The translations under genes and the position numbers were made by a program. Below the pieces are notes generated by a model, which ran no database searches, was not told where the DNA came from, and saw nothing but the letters and a program-made list of their open reading frames with translations. A DNA stretch of 51,676 nucleotides from Thermoplasmatales archaeon SW_10_69_26 (lineage in GTDB: Archaea; Thermoplasmatota; SW-10-69-26): NCBI GenBank assembly GCA_003009755.1, contig PXUB01000019.1, positions 22,986 through 74,661 on the forward strand, given 5' to 3'. Below are positions 29,800-38,857 of this stretch, one piece after another; within the stretch, counting starts at the first letter, position 1; the number at the start of each line of letters is the position of its first letter.

Positions 29800-31101
29800 T
29801 CAGAGGTCGTCGCGGGTGTAGACGTCGACCCCGTCGGGCTTCTGGGTCACGTTGCCCATCTTCATCCCGACGACGGTCTGGATGCCCTTGTCCTGGGCGA
29901 TCTCGAGCAGACGCTGCGTGATGACGCCGTCGAAGACGACGGCCTGCTGACCCTGGCCCTCCTCGCGCAGGGTCTCGGCGAGGTCGCGGACCGGGATCGG
30001 ACCGTGGGTCACGTCGCCGGAGGGATCGAAGAGGACGCCCTCGAGATCACCGGAGAGCTCGCTCAGCTTGTCGCTGTACGTGGACAGCTGGGCCTTGGCG
30101 GTGTCGGCCGTGGAGGGGTCCTCCTTCTCGGGGGGCTCCTGGTAGCGCTCCTCCTCATCCTCGGCTTCCTCTTCGGCTTCCGGCTCCTCCTCTTCCTCGG
30201 GCTCGGGTTCGGGCTCCTTGGTCTGGGGCTCGGCGGTCTCCTGCGTCGTCTCCGGGCCTAGCTGCTGGAGGTCCCATTCCTCGAGGAACTGCTGGGTCGG
30301 CAGCTTGGCGCGGATCGCCTTCATGACCTGCTTCTGGGTCAGCTCCTCGACCTCGTGGGACTGGGGAGCTTTGGCGATGAAGTCGAGGTCGGCGACCTGT
30401 AGAAGCTCCTTGAGCAGCAGCTTGCCGCCGCGGTCGCCGTCGACGAACGCGGTCGTCACGCGCTCCTGCGTGAGCTCCTTGATCGTGTCCGGGATGCTGG
30501 TGCCCTCGGTGGCGATGGCGTTCTTGATGCCGTTCTCGAGGAGGTTGGAGACGTCGTTGCGGCCTTCGACGACGATGATGGCGTCGGAGGAGGAGACGTT
30601 GGGGCCGGCGGGGAGGTGCTCGGAGCCGTAGGCGACGAGCTCCTCGACCTTGACGTCCTTCTTGACCTCGGAGACGATGTCGCCGCCGGAGGCGGTGGCT
30701 TCGCCTTCGCCGATCGTGTCCAACAGTTCCTTGGCGCGTTCGCGGACGCGAGCCCGCTTGGACTCGCGGACGTCGTCGATGGCGTCGACCTCGACCTCGG
30801 CTTCGCAGGGACCGATGCGATCGATGGACTCCAGCGCGGCGGCGAGGATCGAGGTCTCGACCTTGTCGAGGCTGGACGGGAGCGTGATCTGGCCCTCCGT
30901 CTGGCCTCCTTCCGAGTCGGTGCTAACCTCGATCCGGCCGATCCGGCCGCTCTTCTGTAGATCGCGGAGATCCAGCTCGTCGCCGAGCAGGCCCTCCGTT
31001 TGGCCGAAGATCGCGCCGATGACGTCGGGTTTCTCCACGACGCCATTCGCGTTCATCCGGGCCTTGATCAGGTACTTCGTGGTGGTGGGATCGATGTCCA
31101 T
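29800..31101 (-). CDS. dnaG: Archaeal DnaG-like primase / exosome-associated protein
   Basis: VEKPDVIGAIFGQTEGLLGDELDLRDLQKSGRIGRI; TOPRIM VVEGRNDV...FVDGDRGG; FDGVITQRL. Confidence 0.95.
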   Translation of the reverse strand: MDIDPTTTKYLIKARMNANGVVEKPDVIGAIFGQTEGLLGDELDLRDLQKSGRIGRIEVSTDSEGGQTEGQITLPSSLDKVETSILAAALESIDRIGPCEAEVEVDAIDDVRESKRARVRERAKELLDTIGEGEATASGGDIVSEVKKDVKVEELVAYGSEHLPAGPNVSSSDAIIVVEGRNDVSNLLENGIKNAIATEGTSIPDTIKELTQERVTTAFVDGDRGGKLLLKELLQVADLDFIAKAPQSHEVEELTQKQVMKAIRAKLPTQQFLEEWDLQQLGPETTQETAEPQTKEPEPEPEEEEEPEAEEEAEDEEERYQEPPEKEDPSTADTAKAQLSTYSDKLSELSGDLEGVLFDPSGDVTHGPIPVRDLAETLREEGQGQQAVVFDGVITQRLLEIAQDKGIQTVVGMKMGNVTQKPDGVDVYTRDDL

Positions 31102-31369
31102 TGGGGGAGCTCCTGGACGTCACATAGCAGCCGGCATCGACCCCATCGAGGGGAGGAAGGGCCCCCGTTGGCGGAACCAGCCCCCCGCGAGAGGGTGCCT
31201 ACCCAACGGAGGGAGGGAACGCGGGTGAAGGGTGAACGTGGACGGCGGGTGACGCGGGAACGGACGCCCTCCCCGTCGCCGATGGGGCCGGCCCGCTCCT
31301 ATGTGGATGCCGAGAACATGCCGAGCCGGTAGAAAAAGGTTGAGGCCGACGCGTCTCGGCCCTGGGGCG

Positions 31370-31774
31370 TCATCGGACGCGGCCGGCGCGCTCCCGAAGC
31401 CGCTGGAGGACGCTGGGCATCTCCTCGATCGTCTTCGCCTCCGAGCGGGCCAGCCGGGCCATCTCCTGGCGGAAGTGCTCGTCGACGTCGACGGCGTGCG
31501 TCTCGAGCACCTCCTTGACGCGGTGGTGGATCGAGCCGCCGGTTCGGTCCCAGTCCAGCAGCAGGATCAGCGATTGGTGGTTGCGCGCCAGGCGATCGGC
31601 GGTGTCGATCAGGCGCTCTCCGTCGTGGACGAGCAGGATGACCCCGCTGCAGCCCAGGGTCTCGAGAGCTTCGCGGTCGTGGGCGCCTTCGACGAGGATC
31701 GGCGTGTTCGCGTTGGCTCGGCGCAGGTCCTCGATGAGGTTCTCGAGCTGCGTGAGCCGTTCGCGGACGGTCAC
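31370..31774 (-). CDS. Small TOPRIM-domain protein
   Basis: ILVEGAHDREAL...LLLDWDRTG; GTGA overlap with the upstream gene. Confidence 0.85.
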   Translation of the reverse strand: MTVRERLTQLENLIEDLRRANANTPILVEGAHDREALETLGCSGVILLVHDGERLIDTADRLARNHQSLILLLDWDRTGGSIHHRVKEVLETHAVDVDEHFRQEMARLARSEAKTIEEMPSVLQRLRERAGRVR

Positions 31775-32085
31775 GGTTGGCCCTCCTGCAGGCGTTCGAG
31801 CGCTTGCTCGGGGGTCAGGCCGCGGGCCAGCACCCGCTTGCGCGTGCTCTTGTGGCCTTGCTGGATGCCGACCTCGGCGGCCTCGATCCCCAGCCGGGCA
31901 GCCACGAGCTCGCAAAGGGCTCGGTTGGCCTCCCCGCCCTCGGCAGGAGCTTGCACGCGAACGTCGATGCGCTCGCGCCACTCGTTGTACCCATCCGGGA
32001 ACACGTCCGACTTGGCGGAGGGGGTCACGTCCACGTCGAGGAGGATCCCGCCGTCGCAGGATCGCACGGCGCCCTGCACACCCAT
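31771..32085 (-). CDS. DUF167/UPF0235 (YggU-like) protein
   Basis: VDVTPSA...VRVQAPAEGGEANRAL...GHKSTRKRV. Confidence 0.88.
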   Translation of the reverse strand: MGVQGAVRSCDGGILLDVDVTPSAKSDVFPDGYNEWRERIDVRVQAPAEGGEANRALCELVAARLGIEAAEVGIQQGHKSTRKRVLARGLTPEQALERLQEGQP

Positions 32086-32240
32086 CCTGTTAGGTGCCCC
32101 CCTACAAGTCGGTTCCCCCGTCGTTCACCCCGGCCGCCCACGGTCCGTTCGACGCTGGATCTTCTACGCTTCAAGATTTCCCTGTACCTATGTCCCACTT
32201 TTTTCCGAGGGACGGAGGGAGGGGGCCCTCGAGTGGACCG

Positions 32241-32450
32241 ATGCGAACGACGCTACTCGCCTTGACCGTGCTTGCGCTCGCGACGGTCGGTGCCGATCCG
32301 GCCCTCGCGCAGGACCCGTGCGAACCCTCGTGCGACGTCGATACGTCGGAGACGCCGGCAGCGAGCGGGCCGACGCTTGCCCCTGCCCTCCTGGCGATGA
32401 CGGCGCTCGCAGTCGTTCTCCTGCGGGCCCCCTCGTTACGCAGAAGGTAG
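32241..32450 (+). CDS. Tiny secreted, membrane-anchored peptide (69 aa)
   Basis: Signal peptide MRTTLLALTVLALATVGADPALA, short mature QDPCEPSCDVDTSETP, TM helix and RRR tail. Confidence 0.55.
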   Translation: MRTTLLALTVLALATVGADPALAQDPCEPSCDVDTSETPAASGPTLAPALLAMTALAVVLLRAPSLRRR

Positions 32451-32502
32451 ATGTTTCGCGTCGGAAAGGACTAAAAACCGCCGAGACGATGCCCTCTGAC
32501 GC

Positions 32503-34720
32503 ATGGTCGACCTGGGGGCGCTGGGCATCCTTGCCCAAGCCGGGACGGGCTTCTTCGTCCTGCTGGTAGGCCTAGTCGCTCTGGTCTCCGCGTCCCCCCG
32601 TCGACATACCGTTTCCTTCGCCCTTTTCCTCGTCCTCTGGGGGGGACTCCTGCTGGCCGGGAACTTCGCCACCCTGGCGGTCGACGCGGGGAACCTCGCG
32701 CAGGCCGAGGAGCTGTTGATCCTGCATGCGGTGTTGCAGGGGCTGGCGTTCCTGCCGTTGATCGTGTTCACGTTATCCTACCCTCCCTCGCAGCAGACGG
32801 ACCTCGGCCGGTGGCCGGTGCTGGCCGCCGTCCTCGCACCGCCACTGGCGGTCCTGGCGACGGTCCTCGTCGATCCGGGCCTGTTCCACGAGGGCTTCGC
32901 CACGGACGACGGTGGGCTCGAGGGGTCGTGGGGGATCGGCAAGGCGGGCGTCTTCCTCGCGTTCCGGTTGGCCATCTACGCGACGCTGGCCCGGCTCGTG
33001 CTCGTGCGCGAGCACTTGACGAACGACCTCGAACGCCGGCAGGCGCTGTCCGTCCTGCTCGGCTTCTCCCTGTTCATCGGCTACGAGTCGATGCAGGATC
33101 TGCTGCTGTTCGCCGGGACGGCGACGGACCCGATGAACACCAGCCTGCCCTCGATCGTGTTCGCGGCGACCTCGGCGTTGGGCGTCGGCGTGTTGGCCTG
33201 GGTCGGCGTCCGTCTGCTGGGCCGGCGGGGCTCGGTGGCCGGCGTCTCGCGCGGGCTGACCGTCGGCTGCCTGGCGGGGTCGCTGGCGTTGGGCCTCATC
33301 TCCGGGGCCTCTTCCACGTGGTCGGCGATCCCCGAGATCTCCGGAGCCAGCCTGTGGCGGGTCGGCGCCGTGGCCTTGATCGTGTCGGCGGTGACCTGGT
33401 TCGAGCAAGCCGAGCCCGACCGAATCCTCCCCCGCTTGGCGGCGGTGTTCGGCTGGCTGAGCCTGGCTGCAGCTGTCTTGTTGACGATGCACCTGGGTCT
33501 GGCGAGCCTGCTGGGCTCGTCGCTGTATGCGTTCGTCGCGCTCTGGGGCAGCCTGGTGGCCGGGGCCGCGGCGGTCGCCATCCACCGGCCGGGTACCTTC
33601 GCCGAGGTGCTGCGCCGGCTTCGGCGCAAACGCTCGTCGGTGGGGCAGGCCCGACGCGACCTGGAGCTCTACGAGGCGGCGTTGCTGTCCGGCCGGGAGA
33701 CGCAGACGCTCGACGACCTGCGCCAGCAGATGGGGATCTCGAGCGCCGAGCACCAAGTCATGGAGCGGCTCACGGACCCTCACTCGGCGATGCCGATCCC
33801 CGAGCGGGGACCGTTCCGGACCGGCGACGTCGTCGACGATCGCTACGAGCTCGAGGAGCTGTTGGGAGAGGGCGCCTCCTCGCACGTCTTCCGAGCCCGC
33901 GACCGGCCCGAGGACCGGACGGTGGCCCTCAAGATCCTCGATCGGCGCAACGCGGGAAGCCCGCAGGCGTTGCGGGAGTTCGTCCACGAGTCCCGCGTGT
34001 GCCTGCGGTTGCGGCATCCGCACTTCCTGGATACCTACGACCTCGGCGAGGTCGAGGGCCAGCCCTACCTCTCCTTCGAGCTCGCCGAGAGCGGCAGCCT
34101 GGCCGAGGCCATCGGCGACGACGGCCTCGAGACCGAGCACGCCACGCGGTTGATCGAGGGCGTGTTGGCCGGCCTGCAGCACCTGCACGAGGAAGGCCTC
34201 GTGCATCGCGATCTCAAACCCTCCAACCTTCTGATCGACGAGGACGGCCGGGCGAACATCGGCGATCTGGGCTTGGCCTACTCCTGGGACGCCGAACGCA
34301 CGCAACAACTGGGGCCCGAGACCGGCGGCTTCCGGGAGGGCACGCCGGCGTACATGAGCCCGGAGACGCTGATGGGCCATCCTCCCTCGCCGGCGAGCGA
34401 CGTGTACGCGGTAGGCGCGATCCTCGTCGAGGCGGTCACCGGCGCGCACTACCTCGGGCTCCAGGGGGCGCCCTATGCCACGGTCCGCAAAGCGGTGCTC
34501 GACACCCCGCCGCGCTTGCACAGGATCGACCCCGACCTGGTGCCGATCTGCCGACGAGCGCTGCACAAGGACCCGTCCCGGCGCTACGGGTCGGCCGCCG
34601 AGATGCGAGAGGCGATCCTCGAGACGGTGTCACCGAGGCGCGAGCACACCGACGAGATGATCTGGCGGGAGATCGGTCATCGCGGTTCGGGGCGAACCGC
34701 GTCCCCCCCCCCCCCCCCCC
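32503..34720 (+). CDS. Multi-TM Hanks-type Ser/Thr protein kinase; 3' end lost in the poly-C tract
   Basis: ~10-11 N-terminal TM helices; LGEGASSHVF, VALKIL, HRDLKPSN, GDLG, GTPAYMSPE, SDVYAVG; ORF reads through C18 into the antisense of the next gene. Confidence 0.88.
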
Positions 34721-35421
34721 ATGTCGCCGTGCTCGAGGGGCTGCTCGTTGCCCGGCTTGAGCCGTTCGTCGTTCAGCCGGGTCCCGTTCGTCGAGACCCG
34801 AAGGTCGACCAGCCGGAACTCGCCGTCCCCCTTGAGGATCTCGGTGTTCTGTGCCGACAGGTAGGGATCGTACTGCAGGCAGATCTGGGCCTCCGTGCTG
34901 CGCCCGATGACCCAGCCGCGCCCCTCCGACGGGTCGGGATCGATGTCGCGCAGGTGGTACACCTGGTCGTCCTGGGCTCCCTGCAAGAGGACGAGCTTGG
35001 GTCCCTCGCGCCATTTCGAGCCCGTCTCGTCGACGGAGCGCTCGGTGTTGAAGGGGTCGATCGCGCCCTCGGTCCCGGGAGCCAGCAGTTGGCGAAGCTC
35101 CTTGAGCAGACCGAAGACGGCCGGCTCGTTGACCATGTACTCACGCCGGTCGCGCCCCTGCTGGTTCGGACGGGTCGAGGACCGGACGAGGTCGGATTCC
35201 TCCAGCCGGGTGAGGTGGTGGCGGACGCCTTGGCGGGTGAGCTTGCGGTCTTCGTTCTCGTCCTCGGCCGACCCAGCCGGTGTGAGGTGGATGTCGTCGA
35301 CCGTTCGCGGTTGCTGCAGCTCGGAGACCAATCGCAGACGGTTCGAGGAAGCCAGGGCCCTGAGTTTCGATCCCATCTCTTCCAAATCCTGAGTCCCAGA
35401 TGAGCTCCCCCGCGACTGCAT
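34703..35421 (-). CDS. ArsR-type HTH plus FHA-domain transcription regulator; 3' end lost in the poly-G tract
   Basis: LRALASSNRLRLV...TRQGVRHHLTRL (ArsR); WVIGRS...DPYLS...STNGTRLN..LEHGD (FHA); ORF formally ends at 34630. Confidence 0.85.
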
Positions 35422-35875
35422 AACTCCGTCAAACGAGCGGCAGCATATAGGATTTCGCGACGGGAGTCGAACAGCGGTCGAACCAGCCTCGACCCGCTTC
35501 GCCGCCGACCCCGAGATGGACGATCGTGCCCAACCAACGACCGGCCGACGATGCGACGAGGGCGCTCGCGGCTGGCGGTTGTGCAGGTCACGAGAGGCGA
35601 AGGTGGACGCCGCGAGGAAAGGGGAGATGGGTGGGGGAGCGCCGCGGGGGGACGCGGAAAGCCGAGCCGTGGACACGCGAGCAACCACCGGGCGGTGGTC
35701 GCAAGACGAGGGAACACTGAGGGCTCGCTGAAGCGCCCGGTCCCCCCCCGCGACGGGACCATAGAGGAAACGCCCGGTCCTTCATCCAAGCGAACCACCG
35801 GTTTCGCTTCCCAAACGGTCGTTGCGACCCCCTGCCAGGGCAAGGCGAGCCGTGGGTCGACCCCGTTCAGCCTCG

Positions 35876-35887
35876 AAAGGTATTTGC
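35876..35887 (+). promoter_or_regulatory. Probable BRE/TATA promoter of tRNA-Phe
   Basis: gaaaggtatttg about 50 bp upstream of the tRNA in an otherwise GC-rich spacer. Confidence 0.4.
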
Positions 35888-35933
35888 CCCACGCGCCAAT
35901 CCAAATCCACACACGAAGCCCTCCGCAGCTGAC

Positions 35934-36006
35934 GGGACAGTAGTTCAGTTGGGAGAACGTCCGACTGAAGATCGGAAGGTCGCCGGTTCGAGTCCGGCCT
36001 GTCCCA
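35934..36006 (+). tRNA. tRNA-Phe (GAA)
   Basis: Acceptor GGGACAG/CTGTCCC+A; anticodon arm TCCGA-CTGAAGA-TCGGA; T-arm GCCGG-TTCGAGT-CCGGC; 73 nt, no encoded CCA. Confidence 0.97.
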
Positions 36007-36009
36007 CTT
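35994..36009 (+). other. attL core (tRNA 3' end)
   Basis: CCGGCCTGTCCCACTT, duplicated at 49385-49400. Confidence 0.85.
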
Positions 36010-36043
36010 AGGACCTGCAGGGGTCCTGCCCATCGATTCTCAC

Positions 36044-37096
36044 CTAGCTTCCCCCCGAAGTTGTGGGGGCGTTCTGCCAAGCGCGAATCAACCAGTCATC
36101 GCCATGCGAGTGGTGCCACACCTCGACGTTCTTCGCGTAGGTGTTCCGTACCCGTTCCGTCGACTTGTGGCCCAGCCAGTTGGCGATTTGATCGAAGTTG
36201 TAGCCCGCCTTCTCGTCGTGTGTCTGGATGAGACGGGCCGTCGCGCACCAGTGTCGGCAGTGCCTGAGATCGAACCACTCGGCGTGGGGTTTCACCCGGC
36301 GCTTGATCGCCTGCCCTAGGGTCTTCTTCGACGCGAACTCCTCCCCCGTCTCGGGGTTGGGGAACATCGCGTCCGTCTTGGGGTCGAGCTTGGGCCGCCA
36401 GGTATCGATCCAGTTCGTCAGGCTGGCGTGCCGCCGACTGGTTGCTAGCCAGTCGGGCTCGACGTAGACGAGGTTCGGGCGTCCGCTCTTCTTGCGCTGG
36501 ATGAACTCCAGCGTCTGCGACTCCGGGTCGAAGTCGTCCACTCGGAGCGTATACAGCTCGTCGGGACACCGTAGCCCGATGCCGTAGGCGAACGCCAGGG
36601 CGTACTTGACGAAGTGGTGCTCCGGATTCCGGTTGGGCTGAGGTGCATACTGAATCTCGCACAACAGCTCGTGCACCTGTTCCGGGCTGGGAACGTCGTT
36701 CATCGAGCCCGACCCCCCGCCCTTGGGGACGGAGGGCCAGATGTTCTCCGGCAACCCCATGAAGGCCGCGAACGCCTTGATCGCCTTGTCGTCGTTCACG
36801 AGGCCTCCACGGCCCGTGGTGTCGTCGTGGTCCCGACGGTACTGGAAGTACAACCGGTAGCTGGTCACGAGCTCCCAGGCCGTAGACCGGAACTCGACCG
36901 GCTGGGGCTCGTAATTCGCCATGAACTCCCAGTGGGCCAGGTACTTGCGGGTCGTACCGGGCTTCAGGTTGCGTTCGTTGCGGAGATACTGTCGGGCTTC
37001 CCATACTTCCCAGTCCGGGTTAAACCACTCTTCGGCAGGTTCGACCTTGGCTCGGAGCCTGTTCTTGTGGGTCGGTCCCCAGGCTCCGTCGTGCAT
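36044..37096 (-). CDS. int: Tyrosine recombinase/integrase
   Basis: GIGLRCPDEL (R), RKK (K), LRHCRHWCAT, LGHKS, RNTYA (Y); points toward the tRNA; start could extend to 37210. Confidence 0.9.
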   Translation of the reverse strand: MHDGAWGPTHKNRLRAKVEPAEEWFNPDWEVWEARQYLRNERNLKPGTTRKYLAHWEFMANYEPQPVEFRSTAWELVTSYRLYFQYRRDHDDTTGRGGLVNDDKAIKAFAAFMGLPENIWPSVPKGGGSGSMNDVPSPEQVHELLCEIQYAPQPNRNPEHHFVKYALAFAYGIGLRCPDELYTLRVDDFDPESQTLEFIQRKKSGRPNLVYVEPDWLATSRRHASLTNWIDTWRPKLDPKTDAMFPNPETGEEFASKKTLGQAIKRRVKPHAEWFDLRHCRHWCATARLIQTHDEKAGYNFDQIANWLGHKSTERVRNTYAKNVEVWHHSHGDDWLIRAWQNAPTTSGGS

Positions 37097-37590
37097 ACTG
37101 TCACCGTTCGATGGTCTCGTGTCGTGTGGCGCGGGAGTACCCTGGCTAGGGTGACCACCTCGACTGGGGCCAGTGTCGTCCGGAGCCTTGGACCCTTCGT
37201 CGTGACCCACGGAGGTCCCCAGGGTGGAGTTGAACCACCAGCCCCCGATCCAGACCCCAAGCTGGGCCAGCCTGGGGTTGACCAGGCCTAGGCCTGGGCC
37301 GGCCTGCTGGACGAGAGCCGTTCTCGCCTGGCATTCGCCTGGACAATCCAGCTCACCACCCGTGGCACGGACGGCTCTTCGCCTTCCAGGGTACCAGCCT
37401 ACCGAAGGCAGGTAGGTGAGGGCCGTTCTCAGCCTGGAGTGTCAGGCTGAGGCCTGGTGTTCGGGGGTGCGTATGGGGAGGCCCCTATGGCGGGTTGAAC
37501 CGCCTACCTGGGGATAGGGGCGGATAGAGGAGAGCCTCTACCCTGGGAGGGTAGGCATAGGATCTCTAAGCCGTCGGTTGACGGCCGATA

Positions 37591-37917
37591 TTACGTCTCG
37601 CTCTCAGGGGTCGAGCTGGGAGCCTCCATTTGTTCTGGGGCTTGGGGGTGGTCCAGCTCGCGCAAGGCCTGGCCTACCTCTTCCAGGCCCTCAGCTAGCT
37701 GACGGGGCCGGCCCATGACCCAGAGGGCTTGACCGGTGTCCTCCCAGGTCTCGTTGCCAGCAATGTCGGTTTGCTGGCGGTGTTTCTGGATCGAGTACAC
37801 CAGCCGCTCTTCCTCTGTGGGGTCCTCAGGTGTCACCCGGAAGAGCATCGGGACGAAGCCAACCCGTCCTGACATGTTGATCGGCTCACTCTTGTCGATG
37901 AGGTCGAAATCAGCCAT
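37591..37917 (-). CDS. Hypothetical protein coupled to Prim-Pol
   Basis: 108-aa acidic ORF starting immediately after the primpol stop, with a GGAGGTGA SD. Confidence 0.65.
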   Translation of the reverse strand: MADFDLIDKSEPINMSGRVGFVPMLFRVTPEDPTEEERLVYSIQKHRQQTDIAGNETWEDTGQALWVMGRPRQLAEGLEEVGQALRELDHPQAPEQMEAPSSTPESET

Positions 37918-37918
37918 C

Positions 37919-38857
37919 TCAGTTCTCACCTCCTCGCCGGTGCCCAGCCGGGGAGCTTAGGGCCGCCTGCCTGGCCCGGGCTATGGTTCGTCGTAGGTAT
38001 GCAGGCGCTCTCTGGGGCGCTTTCTGGCCCCAGGTGAGGAGGATCTGACCGATCTGGTCATCGGAGAAGCCGGCCTCGGCCATCCCCTTGGCCAGCATGA
38101 ACTCGGCTCCGCTCCGGTCCCTCACACGTCCCTCTCGGAGGGCCCGGACCTTCCTCCGGAATTTGGGGGCTTGTTCCCGGACGAACGCCTCGACGCGGCG
38201 GATGAGTTCGGGGGAGGCCCGGCTGTTGGCTTCAACACGGCCGGGGGGCGGCTGTGTTGCAGCCTGGAGGTCGAGATCGACGGTGAGATCGAGGTCAGCC
38301 AGGTCACAGATCCGCTCGGCATCGCCAGCGAAGGCGTACCGGGTGCCCGAGGGATGGATCGAGGGCGGGGCGACCACCAGGCCGCCTTGGCCCTTGAGGT
38401 CGCCTGCGCCGTGGGGGAGTTGACGGTTAGCGACGGGCTGCTCGGTCCGGGTGTAGACGTGGAATCCCCGACTGGTGGTCACCACGAGCGTCCTCTCGGC
38501 GATGGCCTGCGGAGGCTCGTGGAAGATCTCGTCCGTCCGTTCGGGATTGTCGAGGTCGAGGACGAGGAGGTTCTCGGATGGGGCTCCGGTCAGGACGCCC
38601 AGGTTGGCTTTGGGGCCAACGTTGGCCCACCGCTCGGGGTTGGGGTTCTGCCATCCTAGCCGTAGAGGCCTCTTGCTCTGGGCCCGGAGGGGGACCGTGG
38701 TTAGGTCAAGATCCTGATAGAGCCCCCGGAACCGGAGAAGCGTTTTTGATTCTGGAGCCTCGTGGCGTCTCTGCATGACAAGCCCGCTGGCCCAGCCGAG
38801 GGGGGTGGCCCCCGGCTGAGCGCATTCTATTCTATGGCCTGTTATGCGGGGTGTCAA
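37919..38857 (-). CDS. Bifunctional DNA primase/polymerase (Prim-Pol) with C-terminal helical domain
   Basis: VPLRAQSKRP..GW, NLGVLTG, LVLDLD, TTSRGFHVY, DLKGQGGLVVAPPSIHPSGTRY; DRSGAEF C-terminal motif; start uncertain. Confidence 0.88.
   Translation of the reverse strand: MTPRITGHRIECAQPGATPLGWASGLVMQRRHEAPESKTLLRFRGLYQDLDLTTVPLRAQSKRPLRLGWQNPNPERWANVGPKANLGVLTGAPSENLLVLDLDNPERTDEIFHEPPQAIAERTLVVTTSRGFHVYTRTEQPVANRQLPHGAGDLKGQGGLVVAPPSIHPSGTRYAFAGDAERICDLADLDLTVDLDLQAATQPPPGRVEANSRASPELIRRVEAFVREQAPKFRRKVRALREGRVRDRSGAEFMLAKGMAEAGFSDDQIGQILLTWGQKAPQRAPAYLRRTIARARQAALSSPAGHRRGGEN

Noticed and set aside
227-34760. Numerous long Arg/Pro/Gly-rich overlapping ORFs (e.g. 227-2002, 25888-28446, 32811-34760)
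   Set aside because: Alternative-frame or antisense artefacts of high-GC coding DNA overlapping well-supported genes
34721-35403. C-terminal extension of the 966-aa kinase ORF
   Set aside because: Read-through past the poly-C tract into the antisense strand of the ArsR-FHA gene
35460-35870. Possible RNase P or SRP RNA upstream of the tRNA
   Set aside because: GC-rich with a few hairpins, but I could not find the RNase P P4 or SRP helix-8 consensus motifs
36044-37096. SSV-type split integrase
   Set aside because: The integrase has its catalytic motifs and its own stop before the att core; the split gene is the downstream HTH
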